Source: Felis catus (lineage: Eukaryota). Taken from it: 64,000 nucleotides of DNA. The translations under genes were made by a program, and so were the position numbers. Each line of letters begins with the position of its first letter. The stretch's first letter is position 1. The notes under the pieces are model-generated. The model worked only from the letters and a program-made list of their open reading frames with translations. It was not told the origin of the DNA and did no database searches. The stretch spans positions 19,780,001 to 19,844,000 of the forward strand of contig NC_058368.1 of assembly GCF_018350175.1 (NCBI RefSeq), given 5' to 3'. This document shows positions 26,617 to 38,895 of the stretch, piece by piece.

Positions 26617-28067
26617 AAAGTCAGCATATTAAGAACAAATTACACTGATGCTATTCATTCTGTTCTCAAATGTATGATGGGAAGAAACCAAACAAAACAG
26701 CAGCCTAAGGCAGAGCCTCACATTCTGGTGATTTTCTGACATACTAGCCAGGTGTCTGCAGATAAGGCACGTGACCCTTTCTGGGCTTCACCTGTAAAAC
26801 CAGGAGTTGGCCAGGATGACCTCTAAGGACCTTTCCAATTCGAACACTGTAAGAGATCTACTGACATAAGAGTGCACGTATTTCAAGCATTATGCTCGTC
26901 TCCACTGGCCTTTAGAAAGCAAACTTCAGACTTTCTTTCCTTAACAGGTGGGACCACCCTCTCGAAGATGAGTTGATCCTGCCTTCTGTTCCTTATCACC
27001 ATTGTTTCTGGCCTGCTTGGTGACCTGCCACATTTACAACCTTCCTCCATGGCCATTCTTAGTTTCTTCATCTTGCTCTTCCAGTGAGGAAAATCAGAGA
27101 GAAAAACAGGAGTGACATTAGCCGCCCCCCCCCCCCCACACACACCCAAATACAGCTACTGAGGCACGTCTGCGAGGAGACAGAAACTACGCTGTGAGAC
27201 TGTTGACAATCACGGACCAGGCATTTTATAAATACGAGATGAACATCTGAGAGTAAGTCTTACTATTTCTTCCTGCTTTTGCTGACAAGTGATCTGTTTC
27301 CATCTATCTCCTCACTCGTCACAGGGTGGAGAGTGATGCTTTGCTTTTTAAACTAAGAAGCCGGGGGCCCTTTACTCCTTCCATGGTAGCATCACCCACA
27401 CAGGCTTCAGACTCATCAAGCCCGTGCTTGCTGGAGCCCAGTGAGCCAGACATGGGGATTTCCCGGCATTTACAGGTACTCACGCTGAGCACATGGGCCC
27501 TGGAGACTCAGGAGATAAGAATTAGTATCACTCTACATACCCTGGAAGGGTCTTGTACCTGGAATAAAGTCTGTACCATTACCGTGTAGATACCAGCTAA
27601 CCCACTCTGGTCCTGGCATGGTAGCTCCCCCATGAATATCTAAAAACAATAAATAGGAATCCTGTGGTTCTTTACAACCTTAATATCTATGTGTAAATTA
27701 CTTCTGTATGCAGAGAAGGAAAAGGCTGTATTTCAGTGATGGTTTTATCTCCATGTTCCAGAATCCTTTCTGACAGCTGAGGCTCCTAAATCCGGGCCGT
27801 GTCCTGTCTGGATGTCAGACCTGCGTCATAGTCACTCCACAACCCTGCCCTGCAGGACCTGTTATTTGCGGGGAAATCACCTCATTTTAATCCACCTCCG
27901 TGAGGACCCTTGATGATTTGCATATTGGTTAAGTCAGTGAGAATCTTAATCCGCAGGGCAACGCAGCAAATGCAAAACTTTCAAGTTGCACATACCCAAG
28001 CTTTTCATGAAAGAAAGGAGTCAACAGCTAAGGTCCAACCAAGGGATTTTTGTCCAGCAAAGGATAC

Positions 28068-28218
28068 TGCAGGCCCGAGGCCACGGCACTGGTTCGATAC
28101 CCTCCCAGGCGCTGCCCACTCTCGGAGCAGTGCCAGGCAAATTGCTTGTCCTGCCCAGTGCTCAGCACCCACTCCAGCTCCAGGACGAACAGGATCATCG
28201 TCACTCTGCTCTGATGCG
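28068..28218 (-). CDS. WDFY2: WDFY2 internal coding exon, 151 bp (probably exon 5), WD40 repeat
   Basis: ttggtttttcag|CGCATCAG...GGCCTGCA|gtatcctttg encodes (A)HQSRVTMILFVLELEWVLSTGQDKQFAWHCSESGQRLGGYRTSAVASGL(Q). The peptide is visible inside ORF 28028..28354(-). Confidence 0.97.
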
Positions 28219-29359
28219 CTGAAAAACCAAGAGATACGAAAATAACCCATGAAGCATCATAAAGGAGACTGAGGAAGCATGGTGCACAGAGACCCATCAT
28301 TGTCTTCTCCCCATCCCAGAGTAGGCTGGACAGTATGACAGCCATTGCACACACACCAGAACGGTGGTTCTCACCAGGAGCGCAGGCCCACCACTGTGGA
28401 GGGGCATGCTTGAGTTGTTAGACGGTCTTGTACAAACTATCCATTTCCTCCCATTGCTCTCTTTCTTTCCTACCTACACCAACCAAAAGTTTCCTACCAC
28501 CCAGACCCCCATTACCAAAGGGTCTGGGCCATCTGTCTCAGACATTAAGTTAGGGCTGCTTAGCTGGAGAATGCCAGAAAGTGGCACAATGTGACCACAA
28601 AACAATAGAACGTGTTAGCGATGATATTCTTATGATAAAGTCACCAGGGTGAGTTTATGTAAGCTTAAAAAAAGTAAAGAACATGACTGTTCTCCTTTTG
28701 ATGAAGTATGGCTTCTTAAACCCACAACAAAGTTCTAGATGAATTTTCTATAAGAAATCAGATGCTGGAAAGGAGGGCAGAATTATTCCCAAGTGCCATG
28801 TAAAAGAGAATGAAATATCCCTGATGTCAAAGTACACATACATGTGATAATGAGGGCGAATCTCCCAGGATTGCTCATTATACAGAGGCAACACCGCCAC
28901 AGAATGACTGCATCACAGTTAGAAGCAACTGTTCATGTCATCTACTCCATCTCCCTATTTTACATGTGGGTAAACTGAGGCACAATGAAGTCGAGTAGTT
29001 TGGCCAAGGTCTCACGGCTTCTCAATTATTGAATAAAATCAATAAAAATTTGCTTTCTTCTTATACAATTCCAGAGGGTGAGGTAGAGGGGGTCCATGGC
29101 CACTGAACAGAACTGACTGGAATAACCAAAGATTGATATCCGGGAACCCGGACCGCCCTAGGCTCTGTGCCCAGGAGCCGGCAGTCTGGTGGGAAAGTGC
29201 AGACCCATCACGAAAGTGATGACGTGATGGAGAAAACATCAGTTTTCCATTTCGATCATGAAAATAAAGTTAGTATGGATGGATCAATGCAGCTCTATTG
29301 GCAAGAACAGCACGACCTGCCAATTTCTGAGTTACTAACAAATGCCAAACACTTAAATA

Positions 29360-29527
29360 GAGTAAAAACTTGGATTGCGAGTAACTCGTGCTGCAAGTGT
29401 TCTGCAAGACAAGCAAACGTTTCTAGTAAATTTTAACTTGATAAACAAGAGATGCCTTGCAATACGAGTAGTATGTGATGCTAAACATCTCGTGATCACA
29501 ACTGAGCCAATGGTTCTTAGTGGTTCT

Positions 29528-29561
<34 letters not shown>

Positions 29562-30633
29562 TGTCTCTCTCTCTCTGTCTCTCTCGCTTAGAGATTGTGG
29601 GTGGTCATCTCCCATGCATGGATGCTCAGTCTCAGGCTCCATTGTTTGGCAGAAATCAGTGATTTTTTAGAATTCTGGAAGGTGCCCACAACTGGTACTT
29701 TTTTTTTGTCACTTCGAAGCACCTGTGGATAGTCCTTTGCTTTTCCATGTAAGAGTAACCTTAGGAATGCTTTGCTTCATTCTAGGTCAGGCTGCCTGCA
29801 GATATAGACCCTTCCCTCTGCTGCCTTATTGCCAGTTACATTAAATACAGTATATGACGAGAGTTTATTAATACTGTACTGTAGTCAACATCCATGTGAG
29901 CATATACAATGGCCCCCATGCAGAAAAAGGTTGAAAACAAAAGCGGTAAGAAGATGATTATGGTAGAAGTTAAGAAGGAAATCATCAAGAAGTGTGAACA
30001 AGGTATGCGAGTGGTTGAGACTGAAATACTTTATAAGAAGTTTACGTCTGCATCTCATCTGCAGAAGAGAAGGAGAAAAAAGTAGAGGAATCCCTCACTT
30101 CAAATGAGATTAGGGAGATGTGTAAAATGTGGAAAACAGTGCAAAATTTTGTAGAAAAGCACCACCCAAATCAGGCAGTACGAGAGATGAATCTATTTAA
30201 TGACAATGCAATGTCACATTTCCGTGAAATCCTCAAAAGGAGGCAAAATCAAGTGTCATTGGATAGGTTCCTTGTTAAAGTTGCACAAAAAGAAGATTCC
30301 ATTGAGCCAATAGACAGGAGTGATTCCATTAGTGATGGTGAAAGTCATCCTACACAATAACCCTCCTCTCTCGTCTCCCTCACACCAGCCACAAAGGTTT
30401 TCAAAGAGAAGTGTGGGTTAATTTGTCTGTTTTTCTTTATATTTTGTATTTGCTTTATTATTTTGTATTATGTTACAGTACTGTAATCATTTTATATGAT
30501 TATTTTTGGGTGTGGAACAAATCATCTGAGTTTCTATTACTTCCTATGGGAAAATTCACTTCGAATATACAAGTGTTTTGGATTACAAGCATGTTTCCGG
30601 AACGAACTACGCTCACAAACTAAGGTTTTACTG
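29360..30633 (+). mobile_element. Internally deleted TcMar-Tigger DNA transposon
   Basis: TA flanks at 29358-59 and 30634-35. TIRs gagtaaaaacttggattgcgag / reverse complement cagtaaaaccttagtttgtgag. Transposase N-terminal and C-terminal remnants are present. Confidence 0.85.
29909..30360 (+). pseudogene. Tigger/pogo transposase remnant (N-terminus fused to C-terminus, frame-disrupted)
   Basis: MAPMQKKVENKSGKKMIMVEVKKEIIKKCEQGMRVVE is CENP-B-like HTH start and stops after 58 aa. ...HFREILKRRQNQVSLDRFL is a typical Tigger C-terminus. Confidence 0.75.
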
Positions 30634-31039
30634 TACGTTCTTTCATTTAGTCTCTGAAATGATCCTACAAAGGTGGGTGGTTTCCCCATTTTACAGACAT
30701 AACCTGGCCTTGGCAGGATGGCCCTTTCAGAATGGCCACCAAACCAATGGCTACCACAAAGAGTACCCACAGGACAGCCATTCCACCAAATGCCTGGTAT
30801 TTTTAAATCCAATACTTAAAACATAGAGAATCTAACAGGGCATGGCAGGGGTACAGAGGCAATAACCCTATGACTTCTTCTACACTAAATACCTGCTTGT
30901 CAGAGTATCGGCCACCCTCAAGATCAAAATGTTGTCTCTAACTTAAAAGATATGACTTCTTGGAGAAACTCCTGAAGATCTTGTCATCAGATGTCTAAAT
31001 CAAGGTCCACCAATGACAGAATAAAAATGAACTTTCTAA

Positions 31040-31254
31040 ATTTTTTTTTTTCAACGTTTATTTATTTTTGGGACAGAGAGAGACAGAGCATGAACGGGGG
31101 AGGGGCAGAGAGAGAGGGAGACACAGAATCGGAAACAGGCTCCAGGCTCTGAGCCATCAGCCCAGAGCCTGACGCGGGGCTCGAACTCACAGACCGCGAG
31201 ATCGTGACCTGGCTGAAGTCGGACGCTTAACCGACTGCGCCACCCAGGCACCCC
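31040..31254 (-). mobile_element. Young felid Can-SINE with perfect 18-bp TSD
   Basis: TSD taaaaatgaactttctaa at 31022-31039 and 31255-31272. The element is nearly identical to the one at 21307-21529. Confidence 0.96.
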
Positions 31255-31689
31255 TAAAAATGAACTTTCTAATGGCCCAAGTTTCACAAGTCTATTTCAG
31301 GGAGAAAGTGGCCCCCAGTGAGTGTCCCTTTTTCTCATCCCTTTCTAAGTCCAAGGAGATGACAGCAGCCCAGAAGACAAGGGGCTTTAAAACCTCTGGG
31401 CTGCCATTCTGTGAGAGGAAGAGACAGAGGCTCAAAAAGGTCAAGTCACTTGCTCAAATCTGTGCAACCAACGAGTGATGAAACTAAGGCTAAAACCATC
31501 AGCTCTCTGCCATAGTTGGTTCTCTCTCTCTCTTTCAGGCTGCCTAGGTCTACTGAAAACACCAAACACAAAACAAACCCCAAAACTCAGAGCACATATT
31601 CCTTCTAAGGTGACAGAATTCTTTCATTCAAAAAGAAATCCTTCAAAGGTACATACATATTACTAAGCTTCAGAAACCCAGGCTGGAAG

Positions 31690-34600
31690 TCCAGTTATAC
31701 TTTTTGAATAGGAATGCTGAGAGACCACATCCTTGCCTTGATTTTGATCATAGGGAGAAAGCATCTCGTTTCTCATGATTAAGTACACTGTTAGCTGTAG
31801 GTCTTTGTAGACGCTTTTTTATTGGGGTGAGGAAGTTTGCCTCTACTCGTAGTTTGCTCAGAGTTTTTATCATGAATGAGTGCCCGGGTTTATCAAAGGC
31901 TTTGTCTGCACCAATTGATATGATCATATCATTTTACTTCTTTAGACTTTTGATGTGATGGATTACACTAATTTTCAAATGTTAAACCAGCTTTGCATAT
32001 CGAGAATATATCCCCTTGGTCATGGGTATGTAATTCTTTCTAACTATTGTTGGATTTGCTAGAATTCTTAAAAGGATTTTAACATCTAAGTTCATGAGAG
32101 ATACTGGTCTATAGTTTTCCCTTCTTGTACTGTCTTTGGTTTTGGTATCACTGCTTTTTTTTCTTTTAATGTTTGTTGAGGTAAAATTCATCATTTAAGA
32201 CATTTTAGAGTATATAATATTCAGTGGTTTCTATATATAGAGTATATAATATTCAGTGGTACAACATATTCACAATGTTGTACAATCATCATGAAAAAAT
32301 GTTCTATTTATAGAATGTGTCCATCACCCCCAAAAGAAACCCAAACCCCCAACTCCCCTTTCCCCTATCCCCATCCCTGGCAACCACTAATTACTTTCTG
32401 TCTCGATGGATTCCTCTATTTTTGACATTTCATATGACTGCGTTCAAAAAGTGTGGTCCTTTGTATCTAGTTTCTTTTACTTAGCATGTTTTCAAGGTTC
32501 ATCCACGTTGTACATTTATCAGTACTTCAATCCTTTTTTGTGGCCAAATAATAGTTCATCTTACTGATATACCACATTTTGTTTATCCATTCACCATTCA
32601 TGGCCATTTAGTCTGTTTCCACTTTTTAGCTGTTGTAAATCACACTGTTATGCACAATGGTATGCAAATGTTTGAATTCCTGCTTCTATTTCTTCTGGAT
32701 ATAAACTGGAATAATCCTCACTTGGTCATGATGTACTATCCTATACTGTTGAATTTGATTTGCTAAAATTTTATTTAGATTTTTTGCATCTGTTTTCATG
32801 GAGAACACCAGCCTGTATATTTCTTTTCTTGTACTGTCTTTGTCTAGTTTTAGTATCATGTAATGCTGATTTCAAAAATCAGTTGGAAAGTCTTTTTCTG
32901 AAAGTTTGTGCAGAGTTTGTATTGTTTCTTTCTTAAATGTTTGATTAAAAAAAAAGCCTAGGGTTTTCTCTGTGGGAAGGTTTTAATTATAAAGTAGACT
33001 TTTTAGTAGATATAGGGCTATTAGGGTTTTATATTTCTTCTTGAGGGAACTTTTGTCATTTTTACCTTTCAAAGATTTGTTCATTTAAGTTGTCAAATTT
33101 ATTAGCATAAAGTTGTTCGTAATATTCATTATTAACCTTAAATATTCCTACAATCTCTAATAGTTTCACTTCCCTTATTCCTGATATTGGTAACTTGCAT
33201 CTTCTCTCTTTTTTTTTTTTTCTTCTGATAAGTCTGGCAGAGGTTTGTCACTTATATTCATCTCAACAAACAAGCAAAAACAATAGCTTTTGGTGTTATT
33301 GATATTTCTCTATTTTCTGTTTTCCATTTCATGAACTTCTGCTATGATCTTCTGCATAGCTTATGTTTCCATTTGTTTTCTTTCTGGTTTCTTGATGTAG
33401 AAACTAAGGTCACTGATTTGAGACCTTTCTTCTCTTCTAACATAGATGTTTAGTGCTATAAATTTCCCCTTAAGGACTGCTTTAGCAGCATCCCATAAAT
33501 TTTGATGTTGTTTCCATTCTGATTTCTTCTTTGATCCATGGATTATTTTAGATGACCCATGGTTATTTAGCTTCCTAATATTTGGGGATTTCCCAAAGAT
33601 ATTTCTGTTACTGACTCCTGCTTCAATACCATTTTGATCAGAGAACTCATCTTGCATGACCTGAATTCTCCCAAATTTATTGAGACTCATTTTATGGCCC
33701 AGAATGTAGTCTACCTTGATAAATGTTCTGTACGCAGTTGAAAATAATGTATCTTCTCTTCTAGGTGAATGGAATGTTCTACAGATATCAATGAGAGTAA
33801 TTTGGCTGTGTGCTATTCAAACCTTTTATACCTTATTGATTTTCTGCCTACTTATTCTGTCAATTATTGATCTATTCAATCAATTATTAAGAGAGGAATA
33901 TTCAAATTTCTGAGTACAACGGAGAATGTGTCTATTTCTCTTCTTGAAGTTTCATCAGATTTTGCGTCATGTATTTCAAAGCTATGTTTATTAAGCGCAT
34001 AAACATTCAGGATTGTTATGTCCTCCTGATGGACTAACCCCTTAGTCATTTTGAAATAACCTCTAGTAATACAATCTTTTATCCCTCGTAATATTCTTCT
34101 CTCTTAAGTCTACTTCGACTAACATTAACATAGGCACTCCAACCTTCTTTTGACTAGTCTTTGCATGGTATATATTTTGCTATCCTTTTATTTGTAACTT
34201 CTTTAGGTCTTTATATTTAAAGTGCATTTCTCCTAGGCGGTATATATTTAGGATCTCCTTTTTTCACTCAATATGACAGCCTCTGCCTTTTAATTGGCCT
34301 TAGACCACACACGTTTAATATGACTATTGAGAACTGTTAGGTTTAACTCTATCACTTTGCTATTTGTTTTCTATTTTCCCATATGTTCTTTTTCCTTTTT
34401 CTTCCTTTTTTTGGGGGGAGGGAGGGGAATGAGAATGAGAACTGAGAATGATTTTTATGATTCCATTTTATCTCCTTGGTCGCCTTATTAGTCGTAACTT
34501 TCTGATTTGTTATTTTATGGTTGCTTTAGGGTCAGCAGTATACATCTTTAACTTACAGTCTTCTTTCAAGTGATTCTATATCACCTCATGTGTAGTATAA

Positions 34601-34930
34601 GAATCTTACAATAGTATACTTCCATTTCTCCCCACTTCTTGGTTTTTGTGTTACTGTTGTCAAACATTTTAATTTCACATGTTATGATCCTCATGCTACT
34701 TTGTTATTATTTTTATTTAATAGTAAGTCATCTTTTGACAAGCTGTAAATAATAAGAAAAACTCTCATAGTGATCTGCTTGGTGCTCTTCATTCTTTTGT
34801 GTGTTCTTCATTCCCTATTTTCCTTTGGCATCATTTTCTTCCCTTTGAAGGACTTCCTTCTTTTAGTGCAGGTCTGTGAGTTCTCTCTGTTTTTTTATGC
34901 CTGAAAAAATTATAGTTCACCTCCCTTTTG
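31690..34930 (-). mobile_element. Old L1 ORF2 fragments (endonuclease to RT region), with a nested L1 3' end at about 32155-32705
   Basis: Peptide remnants ENYRPVSLMNLDVKIL, NLWDAAKAVLKGKFIALN and SLNKF...FSDQNGI in ORFs 31982..32194 and 33361..33690. Confidence 0.85.
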
Positions 34931-35807
34931 ATATCTGTTAATATTTACTCATAGTGGATTTTAACTTTTATTTGTTAATAACTGTTATTTAACTGTTATT
35001 TAACTATTATTTTATTTTTATTATTATGAACATATCTTAAGCAGGGCTTGTTTTTGCTGCAGGATCTTTGTGTGACTTGTCTTGCTGAAGAGAGCTTTTG
35101 AATTTATTTCTAGCAGGTATCACAAGGACACCGTTGGCTCAGGACCAACGTATGATTTAAATTTGTACTCTAAATCCAAAATTTTAGGTTGCAATTTTCA
35201 TTTATCCGGAAGCCTTTTCCCCCTCTCTATATATCATTTTATATGTAAATATCAGTTGCAATTTCCCATCTCACGCAAGCCCTAGGCCTTCTCTTCCACC
35301 CCTAAGTGAATGTTCATACAAAAGCTTCAAGCTATTAGAAGTTCTATTTTTCTCCCCAAGACAGCTGCATGTCAGGTACAGTATACTATCACTTTAAGTT
35401 TTCGTTCTTTTCTTTGCTTCTGGTACGTGGGACTTTCCCTCTTGTTTCTCTCACGGGCTTAGCATTACATTAAAAAAAGATTTAATGACAACTGGGATTT
35501 CAAAATATCTTGATAAGCTGAGATGATGGACTACATAAAATGAGATGATGAATAACAGAATGTGAAGTCCAGCATTCAGGCTAAAAACAAAACAAAACTA
35601 CTCCCTCCCCCCCTCCCCAAAAAAGCAATAGCTTCACAAGTACAGGCGACGTAGCCTAGTACCAACAGAAGTGAGAACCATTAAAGAATTTGAGCTGCTC
35701 CACAAAAGCCCACAGTGTAAAGTGGCTATCAGAAAGTTCACCCTTTACGGCAGAACAGGACCGGGACAGCAAGGAAATACCATTTTGTGGTTATCACATT
35801 ACATGTA

Positions 35808-36387
35808 TGTATTGGTTATCTGTATGTATTGGTATGTATGTATTGTGTAACACATTACACCAAAACTTAGTGGGTTAACACAGTAGACGTTTCTTATCTC
35901 GGAGTTTCTGTGGATCAGAAATCTTGGTGCAGCCTAGCTTGGTACTACCTCTGCTAAAACATGTCTCACAGGATAACATCAAGGTATGGGATGGGGCTAT
36001 AGTCTCATCTGAAAGACTGACAGAGGGAGGACCTGCTTCCAAGCTCTCTCATATAAGTGTCTACTGGGTTCAGTTCCTCACAGGCTGTTGAACTAACTGA
36101 AGGCTTCAGTTCCTTACCAGCTGTTGATGTGGCCTCCCTTAGTTCCTTACCACATAGACTTCTCCACAAAGTAGCTCACAAGATGGCAACTGGCTTCCAC
36201 GAGAACCAGCAAGAGCAGGAGAAGGCAAGCAAGAAGGACTAGTCTCTTTGTCACCTAATATTAGAAGTGATATCTATCATTTGCCATATTTCAGGTCTAG
36301 TCTATGCTCAAGGGGAGTCTATGCTCAAGGGCATGAATACCAGGAGACAAGGATCATTAGGAACCATCTTAAAGGCTGCCTACCACA
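35808..36387 (-). mobile_element. MLT1F/G-like MaLR LTR
   Basis: tgtattggttatct...caaaacttagtgg...ccatcttaaaggctgcctaccaca gives TG...CA ends. Confidence 0.75.
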
Positions 36388-37261
36388 ATGTGTCACATTT
36401 TAAATGGTCCCAAAGGTACAATATGATATCCCAAGACAACTGTGACCAAGAGAACTAAAAAACTTCTTTCAAGAACAAAAATTCAGGCCACCATGTAAAG
36501 GAGAATGTAAAATGTTTAGGCTAAAAAAGAGAAGGGATAAAAGGAGGAGAGGAGGGGACCAGGGTACGCTTGAAGGCAGGTACTATACATGTCTTATTCA
36601 CTATTAAAATCCTCAGTTACTGGAACACATTAGGTATTCAGTGAATACTTGGTAAGTGCTATGTGAAAAAAAATTAAAGAATAAATCCGTAGGGAAATGA
36701 ATTTTGGCTCAAAATCTAGAAATAAGGAACTTAACGCTTAGAATTTTATAAAATCAGGACAGGTTGCTAGGTATGTCTCTGGAGGTATCAAAAGAGAGGC
36801 TGGATGATCATGCAGGATGAATGAAGTCAGGAAGTGTGGATGAAATAACCTCTAAGTGTTAAAAGATCCACCTCTAATGTTCTGATCCCATGACACTATT
36901 GGTCTGGATAAATAAATCATTACTGAAAATGGCTCCTGATCCATATTCTGGCCATAGCCTATGGTATACTGCCAATGTTGAAGACACAATAAAGCCATAA
37001 TTCCTTCCCCTTAGACAACAGGAACCCTCTAAGCCTTTTAAAGTATTTAGCCAAAAAAGAAATGAGTCCCATGTGAAACAGCTCACTCCTGACACTGGCC
37101 CCACTCTCCATGCTGCTGCACTGCTTTGCAGCAGTGCGGTGTAGTAGAGACAAAGGACAAAGGCTGGGGGTTCTGGAATCACAATGACCTGCTCTGGCTC
37201 TGCACTTTACCAGCTATAGGACCATAGGCCAAGTCATTCAAGTCATTCAATTTCATTAGGC

Positions 37262-37270
37262 CTCTCTTTC

Positions 37271-37326
<56 letters not shown>

Positions 37327-37437
37327 TTCTTTCTTTCTTTCTTTCTTTCTTTCTCCCTTCCTTCCTTCCTTCCTTCCTTCCTTCCTTCCTTCCTTCCTTC
37401 CTTCCTTCCTTCCTTCCTTCCCTTCTTTCCCTCTTTC
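37262..37437. repeat. Compound (TTTC)n(TTCC)n microsatellite derived from the L1 tail
   Basis: Pure pyrimidine tract of about 175 bp abutting the L1 3' end. Confidence 0.95.
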
Positions 37438-38010
37438 TTAATATGAAATTTATTGTCAGATTGGTTTCCATACAACACCCAGTGCTCATCCCAACAGGTG
37501 CCCTCCTCAATGCCCATCACCCACTTTCCCCTCCCTCCCACCCCCCATCAACCCTCAGTTTATTCTCAGTGTTTTAAAGAGTCTCTTATGGTTTGCCTCC
37601 CTCCCTCTCTAACTTTTTTTTCCCCCTTCCCCTCCCCCATGGTCTTCTGTTAAGTTTCTCAGGATCCACATAAGAGTGAAAACATACGGTATCTGTCTTT
37701 CTCTGTATGACTTATTTCACTTAGAATAACACTCTCCAGTTCCATCCACGTTGCTACAAAAGGCCGTATTTCATTCTTTCTCTTGCCACGTAGAATTCCA
37801 TTGTGTATATAAACCACAATTTCTTTATCCATTCATCAGTTGATGGACATTTAGGGTCTTTCTATAATTTGGTTATTGTTGCAAGTGCTGCTATAAACAT
37901 TGGGGTACAAGTGCCCCTATGCATCAGCACTCCTGTATCCCTTGGGTAAATTCCTAGCAGTGCTATTGCTGGGTCATAGGGTAGGTCTATTTTTAATTTT
38001 TTGAGGAACC
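37438..38010 (-). mobile_element. Young 5'-truncated carnivore/felid L1 3' end
   Basis: ORF2 C-terminus FLKKLKIDLPYDPAIALLGIYPRDTGVLMHRGTCTPMFIAAL, followed by a felid-type 3'UTR. Confidence 0.92.
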
Positions 38011-38133
38011 TAAAGACTAGGACAATATTCACCTCAAAGGATTGCTTTGTTTTGTTCCCCATGAATATTGTAAAGTGAAGCCATCAAGAAACATTTCAAA
38101 GTCTAGGTAAAAACACCACTCTCTCATTCCTAC

Positions 38134-38188
38134 CTTGATAGTTTTTCACAGGAGTCATCTTGTTATAATCTTCTGATAAAATAAATTC
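38134..38188 (-). CDS. WDFY2: WDFY2 internal coding exon, 55 bp (probably exon 4)
   Basis: Minus strand reads cttttgcag|GAATTTATT...AACTATCAAG|gtagga and encodes EFILSEDYNKMTPVKNYQ, matching WDFY2 as I recall it. It ends in phase 1, compatible with the next exon. Confidence 0.95.
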
Positions 38189-38859
38189 CTGCAAAAGAGA
38201 AGAAAAATATCAAGCAAAAAGAAATTCTTTAAGGGAATAATTATGTTTCGATAAAACTAGATGGTATAAAGAAACATAAGCACAGAATGACATCTAACAG
38301 TATTTTGCCAATCAACTCAGCATTTTTGTATGCCTTTAAAAGTAGCAATCATAATTATGATCCAATGTACTTATAACTGTTATCTTTTAATGCTGAAGTT
38401 CATTTTTTTTCTTTTTTTTACTTATGTGTGAGAAGAAAACTGGATCGAGTTCAGAGTCTTGACACTAGTCAATTTTGAAGATTACCCTGATTCCAAGTAC
38501 TTTTCTCTCAATAGTGCCACAGCTGAAGATCTGCAGGGCTCTGGCCAGTGAGCAAAGAGATGCCAATCTTGTACTAGAGAGACACATCGGGTATTTTAAA
38601 GATTCTGTTTCTAATATCAGTAACTTATTTTTCCTCACAACAAGCTTCTCAAGGCTGCATCTGATTCGTGCCCATATCCCTATGGTACATGGCACAGTGT
38701 CTTGGTGCAGTAAGAAATCAATAAATATCCATCAAACAGATACGTGAAAGGCATCTCCCCAATCTGACGAGATTAATCTGGAGATCAAATTTACTCAAAA
38801 ATAGTTTCTATACAACACACTGAATACACTCTTTGTGAGGACACCTAAAACACAAGTGG

Positions 38860-38862
<3 letters not shown>

Positions 38863-38892
<30 letters not shown>
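38863..38892. repeat. (GT)n microsatellite
   Basis: About 14 GT units. Confidence 0.9.

Positions 38893-38895
<3 letters not shown>

Larger units (their letters stand above)
19862..28067 (-). other. WDFY2: U12-type (minor spliceosome) GT-AG intron of WDFY2
   Basis: 5' splice site GTATCCTTT (28067-28059). Branch site TCCTTAAT (19882-19875) lies 13 nt before the exon. There is no polypyrimidine tract. Confidence 0.92.

Noticed and set aside
26883..27149. Charged 88-aa minus-strand ORF as a cryptic exon in the U12 intron
   Set aside because: No convincing splice-site pair and no recognisable homology.
30118..30360. 80-aa ORF as a domesticated TIGD-like gene
   Set aside because: It is only the C-terminal remnant inside a TIR-bounded, internally deleted and frame-disrupted transposon.
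37179..37541. Lys/Arg/Glu-rich ORFs
   Set aside because: They are translations of the (GAAA)n/(GGAA)n microsatellite and the L1 3'UTR.
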